From an archaeon (lineage in GTDB: Archaea > Nanobdellota > Nanobdellia > Woesearchaeales > GW2011-AR9): 64,000 nt of DNA. This document shows, piece after piece, positions 28,247-36,232 of this stretch. The notes beneath the pieces were generated by a model, which ran no database searches, was not told the origin of the DNA, and saw only the letters and a list, made by a program, of their open reading frames with translations. How positions within the stretch are numbered: the stretch's first letter is position 1; each line of letters starts with the position of its first letter. Made by a program: the position numbers and the translations under genes. The stretch is from assembly GCA_002688265.1 (NCBI GenBank), contig NZCK01000007.1:104739-168738 (forward strand), given 5' to 3'.

Positions 28247-28412
28247 GTTTATTACGGCTTCGAAATTCTTTGAATTTCTCGGAACACTGCCAACTCACAC
28301 TTCACTAGAAGAATCTGACAGTCGGCCACCCTGTAAGGGACTTCCCCCGGCCTCCTTGAAAAGAGGATAATATTAGTGCTCGTTATTGGCAGTGTGTTCG
28401 CCCGTAATAAAC
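28247..28412 (+). ncRNA. X1: candidate structured ncRNA (unknown family; paralogue of X2)
   Basis: G+C-rich island with nested perfect helices (GTTTATTACGG/CCGTAATAAAC; GAACACTGCCAA/TTGGCAGtgTGTTC) and three hairpins. It shares the core ACTAGAAG..ACCC(T)GTA(A)GGG..CCCCCG with 48362..48523. The strand is tentative. Confidence 0.5.
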
Positions 28413-28449
28413 AAATAGAATAAATTTGAAATTAAAAAATAATAAAAAA

Positions 28450-29226
28450 TTACCAGTGTTGTTCAACCATAGATTGAAAGTGCTTAGCAAAATAAGGCGC
28501 CTCAACCCAAACTGCACTATCATAACTTGGATGAGTACTCTCATCAGTCATCATCATAGTCAAAGATTTGCCGTCAACAACACAATAACGTGAATCAGCA
28601 ACTTTAGTTTCTTTAACATTTGCAATTTCAGAAAAACGCTTAATTAATTTTTTATTAGTTCCAGTTGGAACAGCAATATTAATAGAAACTCCACGAGATT
28701 TAGCTTTTTTCAATTGAGTTAAAAGACTTGCTTCTTTCCTTTGCAAACCATCGCCTGTAGTCATTAAATGAACAGACTTTTTTGCTCCTTTCAATAACAT
28801 ATTCAAATGATCATATACTTTCTCTCGGCCCCTAAAAGAAGCTGATTTATCAGTTGGATCAACTAAACGTACACCAACATTATGCAAAGAATCTAACTCA
28901 GTTAGAACTTCACTATTTTTTAATTTTGATAAGGATCTGTTTTTTTGCTCAGCATCAAACATTACACGCTTTTTTACACGCTCAACTACTTCAGCTGGAG
29001 GAACGGCCAAGTACTTGATAGGTTTTCCTATTTTAACAACAATGAATCCTTTCTTCTCAAGACTCTCAAGAACATCATAGGTACGAGACCTTGGTACATT
29101 TGAAATGTCTGATAATTCTCCTGCTGTTGATACACCACGGCTAAGCAAAGCTACCCATAGTTTACTCTCATAGGAATTAAGACCAAAGTCCTTTAATTTT
29201 CCTAGTAATTCTTGTCCTACAATCAT
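28450..29226 (-). CDS. TrmB-family transcriptional regulator
   Basis: N-terminal wHTH (GLNSYESKLWVALLSRGVSTAGELSDISNVPRSRTYDVLESLEKKGFI) plus a TrmB-like C-terminal domain. Confidence 0.8.
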   Translation of the reverse strand: MIVGQELLGKLKDFGLNSYESKLWVALLSRGVSTAGELSDISNVPRSRTYDVLESLEKKGFIVVKIGKPIKYLAVPPAEVVERVKKRVMFDAEQKNRSLSKLKNSEVLTELDSLHNVGVRLVDPTDKSASFRGREKVYDHLNMLLKGAKKSVHLMTTGDGLQRKEASLLTQLKKAKSRGVSINIAVPTGTNKKLIKRFSEIANVKETKVADSRYCVVDGKSLTMMMTDESTHPSYDSAVWVEAPYFAKHFQSMVEQHW

Positions 29227-29409
29227 TTTGTAATCCTCCCGTAATATTAATGCTCAAAATCCACTGATTATTGTTATCAATACGTAATGACTACTAGGGT
29301 TTGAACTTATTTATAAATGTTTTGGTTTATTTTCTACTAAAAAGTAACAACAAATGCGCTTTGGTGTTTTCATTTATATTGAAAATTAAGAACAATTAAG
29401 GCTTTTTAC

Positions 29410-29721
29410 TCACTTATAAGGCCCATCAACTGTGAAAACCCTAGAGTTCTCGACGAGAAATAGTTTAGCTCTGGCACCAGCATCAAGCCAACCATGAGCA
29501 TAATTAATGGCAGCAAAGGCTAAAACCCAATCTTGCTTTTGGTCCCTAAAATGTAGTGCATCATTATAATAGCACTCTGCCATATTCAGAAAATCTTTTG
29601 CTAAAGCGTGTTTTTTTGGATTTTCATTATTGAGCTTGGTTTTGGCCATATCAAGACCTTCTTTAGTAATAGAGAAGTATTTGTCCAATTTTTCTTTTGT
29701 GATTTGGGTGTTTGCTGCCAT
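29410..29721 (-). CDS. DUF357-like protein
   Basis: Helical protein of about 100 aa. AINYAHGWLDAGARAKLF resembles the DUF357 signature as I recall it. Confidence 0.5.
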   Translation of the reverse strand: MAANTQITKEKLDKYFSITKEGLDMAKTKLNNENPKKHALAKDFLNMAECYYNDALHFRDQKQDWVLAFAAINYAHGWLDAGARAKLFLVENSRVFTVDGPYK

Positions 29722-29786
29722 TTTGAGTTATTTTGAATGAAAGTTAGAATGATTATTTTTTTTAAAAAAGAGAAATTAAAAGAAAT

Positions 29787-30032
29787 TTATTGACCAGGCA
29801 CTGGTCTTCTTACTGTTATTGGTAAAACTCCTTCTTGGAATTCATGCAGAGCAATTCGCACTGGATTGTACTGCAAAACTGCTAAGGCTTTTTGATCCAT
29901 TTTCAATAAAAATGGGGCGCCCATAGATAGTTGTAGAGCCCTTGACCCTACCATTCGAGCTTTCTCATATTTACTAAAGTCATCTGCATTAAAGTGATCT
30001 TCTGATTTTTTTGCTGATTTTTTTGCTGCCAT
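29787..30032 (-). CDS. rpoK: DNA-directed RNA polymerase subunit K (Rpo6)
   Basis: KYEKARMVGSRALQLSMGAP, then NPVRIALHEFQEGVLPITVRR. Confidence 0.88.
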   Translation of the reverse strand: MAAKKSAKKSEDHFNADDFSKYEKARMVGSRALQLSMGAPFLLKMDQKALAVLQYNPVRIALHEFQEGVLPITVRRPVPGQ

Positions 30033-30126
30033 AGTGATATCCTCTGTTTTGCTTGCTGTTTTTAAGCTTATTGATAATTTTGTTTAAAAAAGAAAAATAA
30101 AAAAGAAAAAATAAGGTAATAATTAC

Positions 30127-30912
30127 CTATTTCTTTTGATACGCTTTACGTAAAAAGCTAGCTTTCTCTAATGCAATATCTACCATAGCAGATACATCAT
30201 CAATAGTAATTGGTTCAGAACCACCTTTTTGCAAAGCTGAAATTATCTGCTTTGCATCAGAACCCACAGTTAGACGAGCTTCATAGGAATTCTCCTCTTC
30301 AGTTGTAGGATCAACCAAGAACTTACCGCCAACTTTGTAAACAGTTACTGCAATTGGTGCTTTAGTAAGAGGCAATTTCTTCTTTGTTGTACTCTTATAG
30401 TCAACTGCAAATGTTTCAGGATCAAAGTCACGCAAGCTAGCGTTGTTCAATGCTGCCAAAACAGCTAAAGATGCTGCGTCAAAAACATTACCAGCATCAT
30501 TAATTGATACTACATCAACACTAACAAACCAAGCAAGTTCATTCTTCTTAACACATAACTTCTTGAAATCAATTGCTTTTGCTTCACGAATTGTTCTATC
30601 AACTACACGAGAGATTTCAATTGCCTTCATCCTTGGAGGACCTGACTCATACTGAGAACTAGACATAGGTGTTAGCTCAGCATTAATCATAATCCCGCCT
30701 TCTTCAGGAGTATCAGGGTATGGCTTTTCGAGTGACATTTTTACTCCAGCAATTACAATAGTATCGCCGATTTGAACTCTAGAAGATCCTTCGGCAGTAA
30801 CAGTGATACCTGTCTCTACAGAAATTGGTCCCCTGTATTCAAGCATACCACGTCCGTCAAGACGCATGTCCTTCTTAGCTAAACTAGGAATTGCTTTGTT
30901 GTTTACTATCAT
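30127..30912 (-). CDS. rrp42: exosome complex component Rrp42
   Basis: RNase PH-like fold (RLDGRGMLEYR..). Overlaps rrp41 by 4 nt in the canonical rrp4-rrp41-rrp42 order. Confidence 0.85.
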   Translation of the reverse strand: MIVNNKAIPSLAKKDMRLDGRGMLEYRGPISVETGITVTAEGSSRVQIGDTIVIAGVKMSLEKPYPDTPEEGGIMINAELTPMSSSQYESGPPRMKAIEISRVVDRTIREAKAIDFKKLCVKKNELAWFVSVDVVSINDAGNVFDAASLAVLAALNNASLRDFDPETFAVDYKSTTKKKLPLTKAPIAVTVYKVGGKFLVDPTTEEENSYEARLTVGSDAKQIISALQKGGSEPITIDDVSAMVDIALEKASFLRKAYQKK

Positions 30913-31667
30913 TGTGATACCTCCTTAGCATCAACCTTCTTATCTGTACCAGCTCCTGGGAACCTTGCTTCCAATGCATCCTGTTGCAACTTATGAACTT
31001 TGCCACAAGCATCCTTTGCAGCTTCTAAAGACTTAATCAAATCAGCCTTAGTGATTTCTCCATCCATCTGAAGTAGAGTAATCTCTTTGCTTCCGTTAAT
31101 CATAGCAACTGGAATATCTGATACAATTGCATCGTACGCCTCTTCGTTGTAAGTTAAGTCTGCACAAATTGCACCATCAACTTGACCCATAGCAACTGAC
31201 GTCACCATATCTTTCATTCGAATTCCTGCGTCAGCTAAAGCAATGCAAGCAGCAGAAATTGCTGCACATCTACTCCCAGCGTCAGTGGATGGAAACTCTA
31301 CGAAAACGTCAACAACACTGTTAGGAAATTGACTCAAGTCCACAACAGGACTTAGAGAAAGTTCCATAACCATAGAAATTTCTTGACTTCTTCGTTTTGT
31401 TCCAGGACGAATTCTGGTTCCAGTACCAGAAAAAGGCATCATATTGTAATGACACCGGATAATTCCAGTTTTAGGGTTTTGTAAAAATCTTGGATGTAAT
31501 TCTCGTGGACCATAAACTGCAGCGTATGCCTCAGTTTTTCCAACTTTAAAATATCCAGAGCCGTCTGCATTAGGAATGTTTCCTGCTTTGGCTACCATTG
31601 GACGAAGTTCATCGAACTTACGTCCATCTAATCTTTTTGTATATGCCATTTTATTTTTTTTCCTCAT
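30909..31667 (-). CDS. rrp41: exosome complex exonuclease Rrp41
   Basis: RLDGRKFDELRP, ADGSGYFKVGKTEAYAAVYGPRE. The true start may be the MAYTKRLDG Met at 31649. Confidence 0.88.
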   Translation of the reverse strand: MRKKNKMAYTKRLDGRKFDELRPMVAKAGNIPNADGSGYFKVGKTEAYAAVYGPRELHPRFLQNPKTGIIRCHYNMMPFSGTGTRIRPGTKRRSQEISMVMELSLSPVVDLSQFPNSVVDVFVEFPSTDAGSRCAAISAACIALADAGIRMKDMVTSVAMGQVDGAICADLTYNEEAYDAIVSDIPVAMINGSKEITLLQMDGEITKADLIKSLEAAKDACGKVHKLQQDALEARFPGAGTDKKVDAKEVSQ

Positions 31668-31673
31668 TAATTA

Positions 31674-32534
31674 TTATTTCTTTTCCTCTGAACCTTTTTC
31701 ATCTACAGCCTTGTCAGTATTTTCTGTGGGTGTATCTGCATTTCTTTGTACAAAAGGTTTACTTGGTTTAGAGCTATCATCGCTTCCACGACTACGGTTG
31801 TCTCTTGGTCTGCGATCACCACTAGGTGCAGCAGTTTCTGGTACTTCACCAACAACAGATTTTAGAAAATCTTCAATTCGTTCAGTTAATCCACTCTGAT
31901 GTGCAAACTCTTCAATCATGCGAATTGCTTTTTGAGCAAGTTCTTCTCTTTCAGCGTTGCCATCAATCAGAATAGTCCCGTTTTGACCAACTACCATTTT
32001 ACAACCAGTGTAACGTTTGATTAATCCAATCATACTACCACGTTTACCAATCATTCTTGGAACTTTTTGTGGTGCAACTTGAATTACTCTTCCAGAATTG
32101 ATTTTAAATAATCCTGGTTCTTTCATGGTGATATCAATTAAATTTTGACTTGTTACATTGGTAATTTTTCCAACAACATAATCGCCAATTTCTAAAATTC
32201 GACTTAAATCTTCACCTTTTCGAACAAACCTTTGTGTTGCATCTCTCACGTTAAGCATTGCACTGTAAGGAGTTCCGGTTTGAACTCGCCATCCAGACAT
32301 TAAGATGTCGGATACTTGCGCGATGATAACATCATCCACTTTAGGAATGTAAGGCCCACTCAATGGTGTTACTTTCATGACTCTGCCATTTACATTGGCA
32401 AGCCCCAATACTTTTGAGCGAATTTGTTCGCCCTCTCTATATGTTTCTTCACCTGGTAGGTAATCCATTCCTTGCGCCAATACTTGGCCAGGGATAACTA
32501 CCGCTCGGTGTTCTACTGTTATTTCACTTGACAT
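31674..32534 (-). CDS. rrp4: exosome RNA-binding subunit Rrp4 (S1 + KH) with a low-complexity basic/acidic tail
   Basis: S1 domain (GDDVIIAQV..), KH domain (KVPRMIGKRGSMIGLIK). Position upstream of rrp41. Confidence 0.85.
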   Translation of the reverse strand: MSSEITVEHRAVVIPGQVLAQGMDYLPGEETYREGEQIRSKVLGLANVNGRVMKVTPLSGPYIPKVDDVIIAQVSDILMSGWRVQTGTPYSAMLNVRDATQRFVRKGEDLSRILEIGDYVVGKITNVTSQNLIDITMKEPGLFKINSGRVIQVAPQKVPRMIGKRGSMIGLIKRYTGCKMVVGQNGTILIDGNAEREELAQKAIRMIEEFAHQSGLTERIEDFLKSVVGEVPETAAPSGDRRPRDNRSRGSDDSSKPSKPFVQRNADTPTENTDKAVDEKGSEEKK

Positions 32535-32633
32535 TTTTCTTTTTCACCTTGTCTATTATTTTTTAAGTGTGTTTTATTTTTCATATTTTTCTTATTTGTA
32601 TTTTTTTTATTTGCTTTTTATTCTTTTATTGTT

Positions 32634-33317
32634 TTACTCTTTGAATGTTACCTGACAACTTCCTCTGGTCTTGGAATTTAAAGTATCAATTGTCCCTGGT
32701 ACTAAACCCGCTGGAACTTCAATGGTTACCTTCCAGGACCCGTCGTTAGTCCACTCTTCTTTTATGAATTTTTGACTTCTAAGATAATTATTCAATGCAC
32801 CAACATACTGGCCTTGAACTAATATTTGTAAAATTTTTACTTCAATTTTGATTGGAATGATCGGTCTTAATTTAGAGATAATTTCATCAAATTGGTCATC
32901 GATAGATTGATTATCTTTTAGATGAATTTTAGCTTCTTGTAAGGCTGCTTCAATTCTGGTCGTGGGATGTGGTAAACTGGTTTTAGGATCAACAGCTAAG
33001 CTATGAATCTTATAGATTAATTGTTTGTGCTTTTGTTCCCTTTCACTTGCTCTTTGATTTGAAGTGGATTGAATTTCACCATGCCTTAGAATTATTTCTG
33101 CAATCTGAGATTTGTTTGTTGTTTTGAAAACTTCTTCTAACTCTGCTGTGCTAGCTAGTTGTCCACGTTTAGCGTCAATGAAAATTTCATCAGAATGGAG
33201 AGCTTCAGCTAAACTGGCGTTTCCTTCCACAAATTCGACCGCTTTATTTGGATCGATGCTAAGTTCAAATGTTTTACCGCTGCGTTTAATTCGCGCGAGA
33301 ATCATAGAATCTGACAT
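32634..33317 (-). CDS. sdo1: SBDS-family ribosome maturation protein (Sdo1)
   Basis: ILARIKRSGKTFELSIDPNKA.., with three-domain SBDS length. Member of the exosome superoperon. Confidence 0.85.
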   Translation of the reverse strand: MSDSMILARIKRSGKTFELSIDPNKAVEFVEGNASLAEALHSDEIFIDAKRGQLASTAELEEVFKTTNKSQIAEIILRHGEIQSTSNQRASEREQKHKQLIYKIHSLAVDPKTSLPHPTTRIEAALQEAKIHLKDNQSIDDQFDEIISKLRPIIPIKIEVKILQILVQGQYVGALNNYLRSQKFIKEEWTNDGSWKVTIEVPAGLVPGTIDTLNSKTRGSCQVTFKE

Positions 33318-33448
33318 ATTATACCTGTTCTTTCTTTCTCTGGTTCAAAAAGCAAAATAAGCAGGTGCTTTATAAAGTTTGCTATGGTATAACAAGAGAA
33401 AATTGGAAAATAAATGAAGAAAAAAGAAAGATCAAAACAACAAGAACA

Positions 33449-34171
33449 TTACTTCACTAACTTCTTAATAACGTCACGATTTAATAATTTAACCTTCTTA
33501 TTATCTGATCGAATTACAGCTACATCACAATTGTTAATATCAAAGTCAGATTTAAGTGCTTCTTTAAGTGCATCAATACCTAATTTAACTGCTTGATCCA
33601 CAGTGATAGAAGCTTTCCACTTCTTCTCCAAAATCTGTTCAACTTCTGTATCATGCTCTCCTGTAGCAGCTGCCCGATACTGAAAATAGAGCCCATACGG
33701 TTCTGTTACAAATAATTTAATTGATCCATCTTCTTCAATTCCAGCTACAAGCATTGATACTCCAAAAGGCCTTAGGCCGGCTGACTGAGTACAGATCTGC
33801 TTTAAGTCGCACATATCTTTTACAATTGATAGCACATCAATCTTACTATTATAGGTTACAAAATGTTGTTGCGCTTTTAATTGAGACCGATCCACTAAAA
33901 CTCTAGCATCAGAAATTATTCCAGAAGCAGTGGTCACAATATGATCGTCAATTGGAAAAGTTTTTTCAATCGCGTCAGCAATCATTAATTTAGAACTTAC
34001 ACGTTTGTCTGCAACTAAAACTACACCATCTTTACAAGTGATTCCTAAAGCCGTGGATCCTTGCTTTACAGTCTTCTTTGCGTACTCAACTTGAAGTAAT
34101 CTCCCATCAGGAGAAAACATAGTGATACTTCTATCATACCCCATCCGATCTTGCATTTTCATACTACTCAT
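33449..34171 (-). CDS. psmA: proteasome subunit alpha
   Basis: YDRSITMFSPDGRLLQVEYA is the alpha-subunit signature. Confidence 0.93.
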   Translation of the reverse strand: MSSMKMQDRMGYDRSITMFSPDGRLLQVEYAKKTVKQGSTALGITCKDGVVLVADKRVSSKLMIADAIEKTFPIDDHIVTTASGIISDARVLVDRSQLKAQQHFVTYNSKIDVLSIVKDMCDLKQICTQSAGLRPFGVSMLVAGIEEDGSIKLFVTEPYGLYFQYRAAATGEHDTEVEQILEKKWKASITVDQAVKLGIDALKEALKSDFDINNCDVAVIRSDNKKVKLLNRDVIKKLVK

Positions 34172-34247
34172 TATTAATCAACTCCTCATAACTTTGATAG
34201 AAGAATAGTTTGAGCTTTGGCTTTTAAGCTTTTCTAGTGTTTATTGT

Positions 34248-34474
34248 TGGAGCCAGCACTGTGGTCGCCCCCTTGCCGAAATATCTAATCCAAAGAAGTG
34301 ATCTTTCAGGAGCACCTTTCCGGTGCAAAGAAAGCATAGCTTTCTTGCACAAGAAATCTTTGATTTCTTTGTGCCAGCAATCTTTGATTGCTATGCATTA
34401 TACTTTGTAACAAGAAGCAAAATCTGCGCTAACTTAGATGAAAGGGCACAGCTTTGGCCATCAGTAAGCTGGCT
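34248..34474 (+). ncRNA. X3: candidate structured ncRNA next to Pop5 (a very divergent RNase P RNA, or a member of the X family)
   Basis: Closing helix AGCCAGC/GCTGGCT and several long hairpins. The 3' segment TTAGATGAAAGGGCACAGCTTTGGCCATCAGTAAGCTGGCT is reminiscent of the RNase P RNA 3' end (..AGAUGAAUG..ACAGAA..GGCUUA..), but I find no GGAAAGUCC-type CR-I. It shares motifs with X1. The strand is tentative. Confidence 0.45.
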
Positions 34475-34491
34475 ATAAAAAAAATCAAAAG

Positions 34492-34833
34492 TCACATCTT
34501 AGCCTTGAGCTTCTTCAAAATACCAGAAGTTGAAATAGATTGAATGGTAACAGGCGTCTCTTTGATTTCTTTGATTAGCGCCATTGCGACCTTTAATTCA
34601 TCTGTGTATTTGTGAGAAACCTTGATGATTATTTGTTGAGTGGATTCATCAAAAGAATCTTTTACTACCATTGGACTGGCTTTGGCGAACATAAATATCC
34701 CAAAACAGTTGATCAATTGCTCTTCAATAGCATCAATTACTTCGCGCTTCCAAAACTTTTTCTCTTTTGATTCCGGTGTTATTTGGAAGAGGACATAACG
34801 TTTCTTTGGTTTCAAAGATGGTTGGAGTTTCAT
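34492..34833 (-). CDS. rnp2: RNase P protein component 2 (Pop5 homologue)
   Basis: The N-terminus LQPSLKPKKRYVLFQI matches the Pop5 LPPSLREKKRYI pattern. It is 113 aa and heads the exosome/proteasome superoperon. Confidence 0.7.
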   Translation of the reverse strand: MKLQPSLKPKKRYVLFQITPESKEKKFWKREVIDAIEEQLINCFGIFMFAKASPMVVKDSFDESTQQIIIKVSHKYTDELKVAMALIKEIKETPVTIQSISTSGILKKLKAKM

Positions 34834-34890
34834 TTTAGTTGTTAATAGTTTAGAAGAATGAAGTTATAAAGTTGTTGATATTTATGATAA

Positions 34891-35496
34891 TTATTCTCTC
34901 AAATACCTGAAATCTTGCCTTGGAGTTAACCCTGGGACCAGATTCAAATCTGAATCAACTAACATTGGGTCCATAGTTGTTCTTCCTGATTCATCAAGTG
35001 ATTGTAAAAGAATGTAAGAACCCTTAAGCATTCTAAAATCTGCTCTAATATCTTTAACACCGTCAAAGAGGCTGCTTGGAAAAACACACAATTTTATTGC
35101 CTTTGCCAAATCACGAGCAACCCTTATCTGATCCAGACCATAACTTCCTTCTAATACCCCAAAAGGAGTGTATGCTGCAAGCGGATCTTCCTCTACAAAA
35201 CTTTGGCCATCAGTACTACCAATACAATAATGTTCTTGTGGAGTAAGATAAAAGAAATGATTAAGATAACCACTTTTTTCAAGTTCCTCAAGTGCTGCTC
35301 CCACTAATTCGTTGGCACCATCAATTTGAGAGAAATCATTAGTACACCTCTTTGATACAATTGTTGCAAGCAAAATATCCTGGCCAGGAAGGGAACCATC
35401 TAAACAAGACATAACATATTGTAATGATCGACATGCTATGCTGTCTTCTGGACATATCTGAAGCATTTCATTGAATCTAGTTAAAAGATCAGCCAT
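34891..35496 (-). CDS. hypothetical protein (Cys-containing, higher G+C)
   Basis: ORF only. Divergent from the receiver-domain gene at 35695. Confidence 0.45.
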   Translation of the reverse strand: MADLLTRFNEMLQICPEDSIACRSLQYVMSCLDGSLPGQDILLATIVSKRCTNDFSQIDGANELVGAALEELEKSGYLNHFFYLTPQEHYCIGSTDGQSFVEEDPLAAYTPFGVLEGSYGLDQIRVARDLAKAIKLCVFPSSLFDGVKDIRADFRMLKGSYILLQSLDESGRTTMDPMLVDSDLNLVPGLTPRQDFRYLRE

Positions 35497-35694
35497 TAAT
35501 TTCTTGTGGACAGGTGTTATTTGTTAAGGTTATTGGTAAGTTTTATTATATTTTAGACAAGATATGTTTTACTCCATTTTATAAAAAATTATGAAAGAAA
35601 AAAAAAGAAAAAAATAACTTTCTTCGCTTGATAATAAGAACAATTTACCAAAAAGCTTTTATGAAAACTGTTTAAAATAATAATAATAATAATA

Positions 35695-36078
35695 ATGAAT
35701 GATCAAAAAATAAATTCTAGAGTTCTAATCTCTGATGATGAGGAAAGAATAGTTAGAATCTTTTCTCGAATGCTTAATGGGGAAGGATGGACAATTGATT
35801 CTGCTGCTAATGGATTAGAATTAAAAGGAAAAATTGATGCACTTTATGAAGATCCTTCACTGTATGATGTAATTCTAACTGATAACGACATGCCTGGGAA
35901 AAAAGGCATTGAATGTGTGAGACACGCAAGAAGCTTAGGAATTAAAACACCCATTTATGTGATGAGTGGCAAACCAGTAGAACAAGAAGCTTTGCAAGCA
36001 GGAGCCACAGGATTTTTCTATAAACCGTTTGATATTGAAGAAGTACTTGAAGTATTAAGTCAATACATAAGAGAGTAG
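35695..36078 (+). CDS. stand-alone response-regulator receiver domain protein (CheY-like)
   Basis: VLISDDEE, VILTDNDMPGKKG (phospho-acceptor Asp), VMSGKP, and FFYKPF. Confidence 0.8.
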   Translation: MNDQKINSRVLISDDEERIVRIFSRMLNGEGWTIDSAANGLELKGKIDALYEDPSLYDVILTDNDMPGKKGIECVRHARSLGIKTPIYVMSGKPVEQEALQAGATGFFYKPFDIEEVLEVLSQYIRE

Positions 36079-36232
36079 TCGGCGCTGTCCAGAAAGTACC
36101 TAGTAGTCAACAAATTTAAATAGCAAAGAATTCTTTATACTTCAATGGGAACACTCACAACTTATTTCATAACCGTAATTGTAGCATACATAATAGTTAT
36201 GGGAGTACTATTGTATCTTGATAAAAAACAAG

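Noticed and set aside
28304-28330. X1 as RNase P RNA, because CUAGAAGAAUCUGACAGUCGGCC resembles the ..AGAUGAAUG..ACAGAA..GGCUUA 3' region.
   Set aside because: The motif is in the middle of the element rather than at the 3' end. No CR-I/P4 partner strand is present. A paralogue (X2) exists, which is not expected for RNase P RNA.
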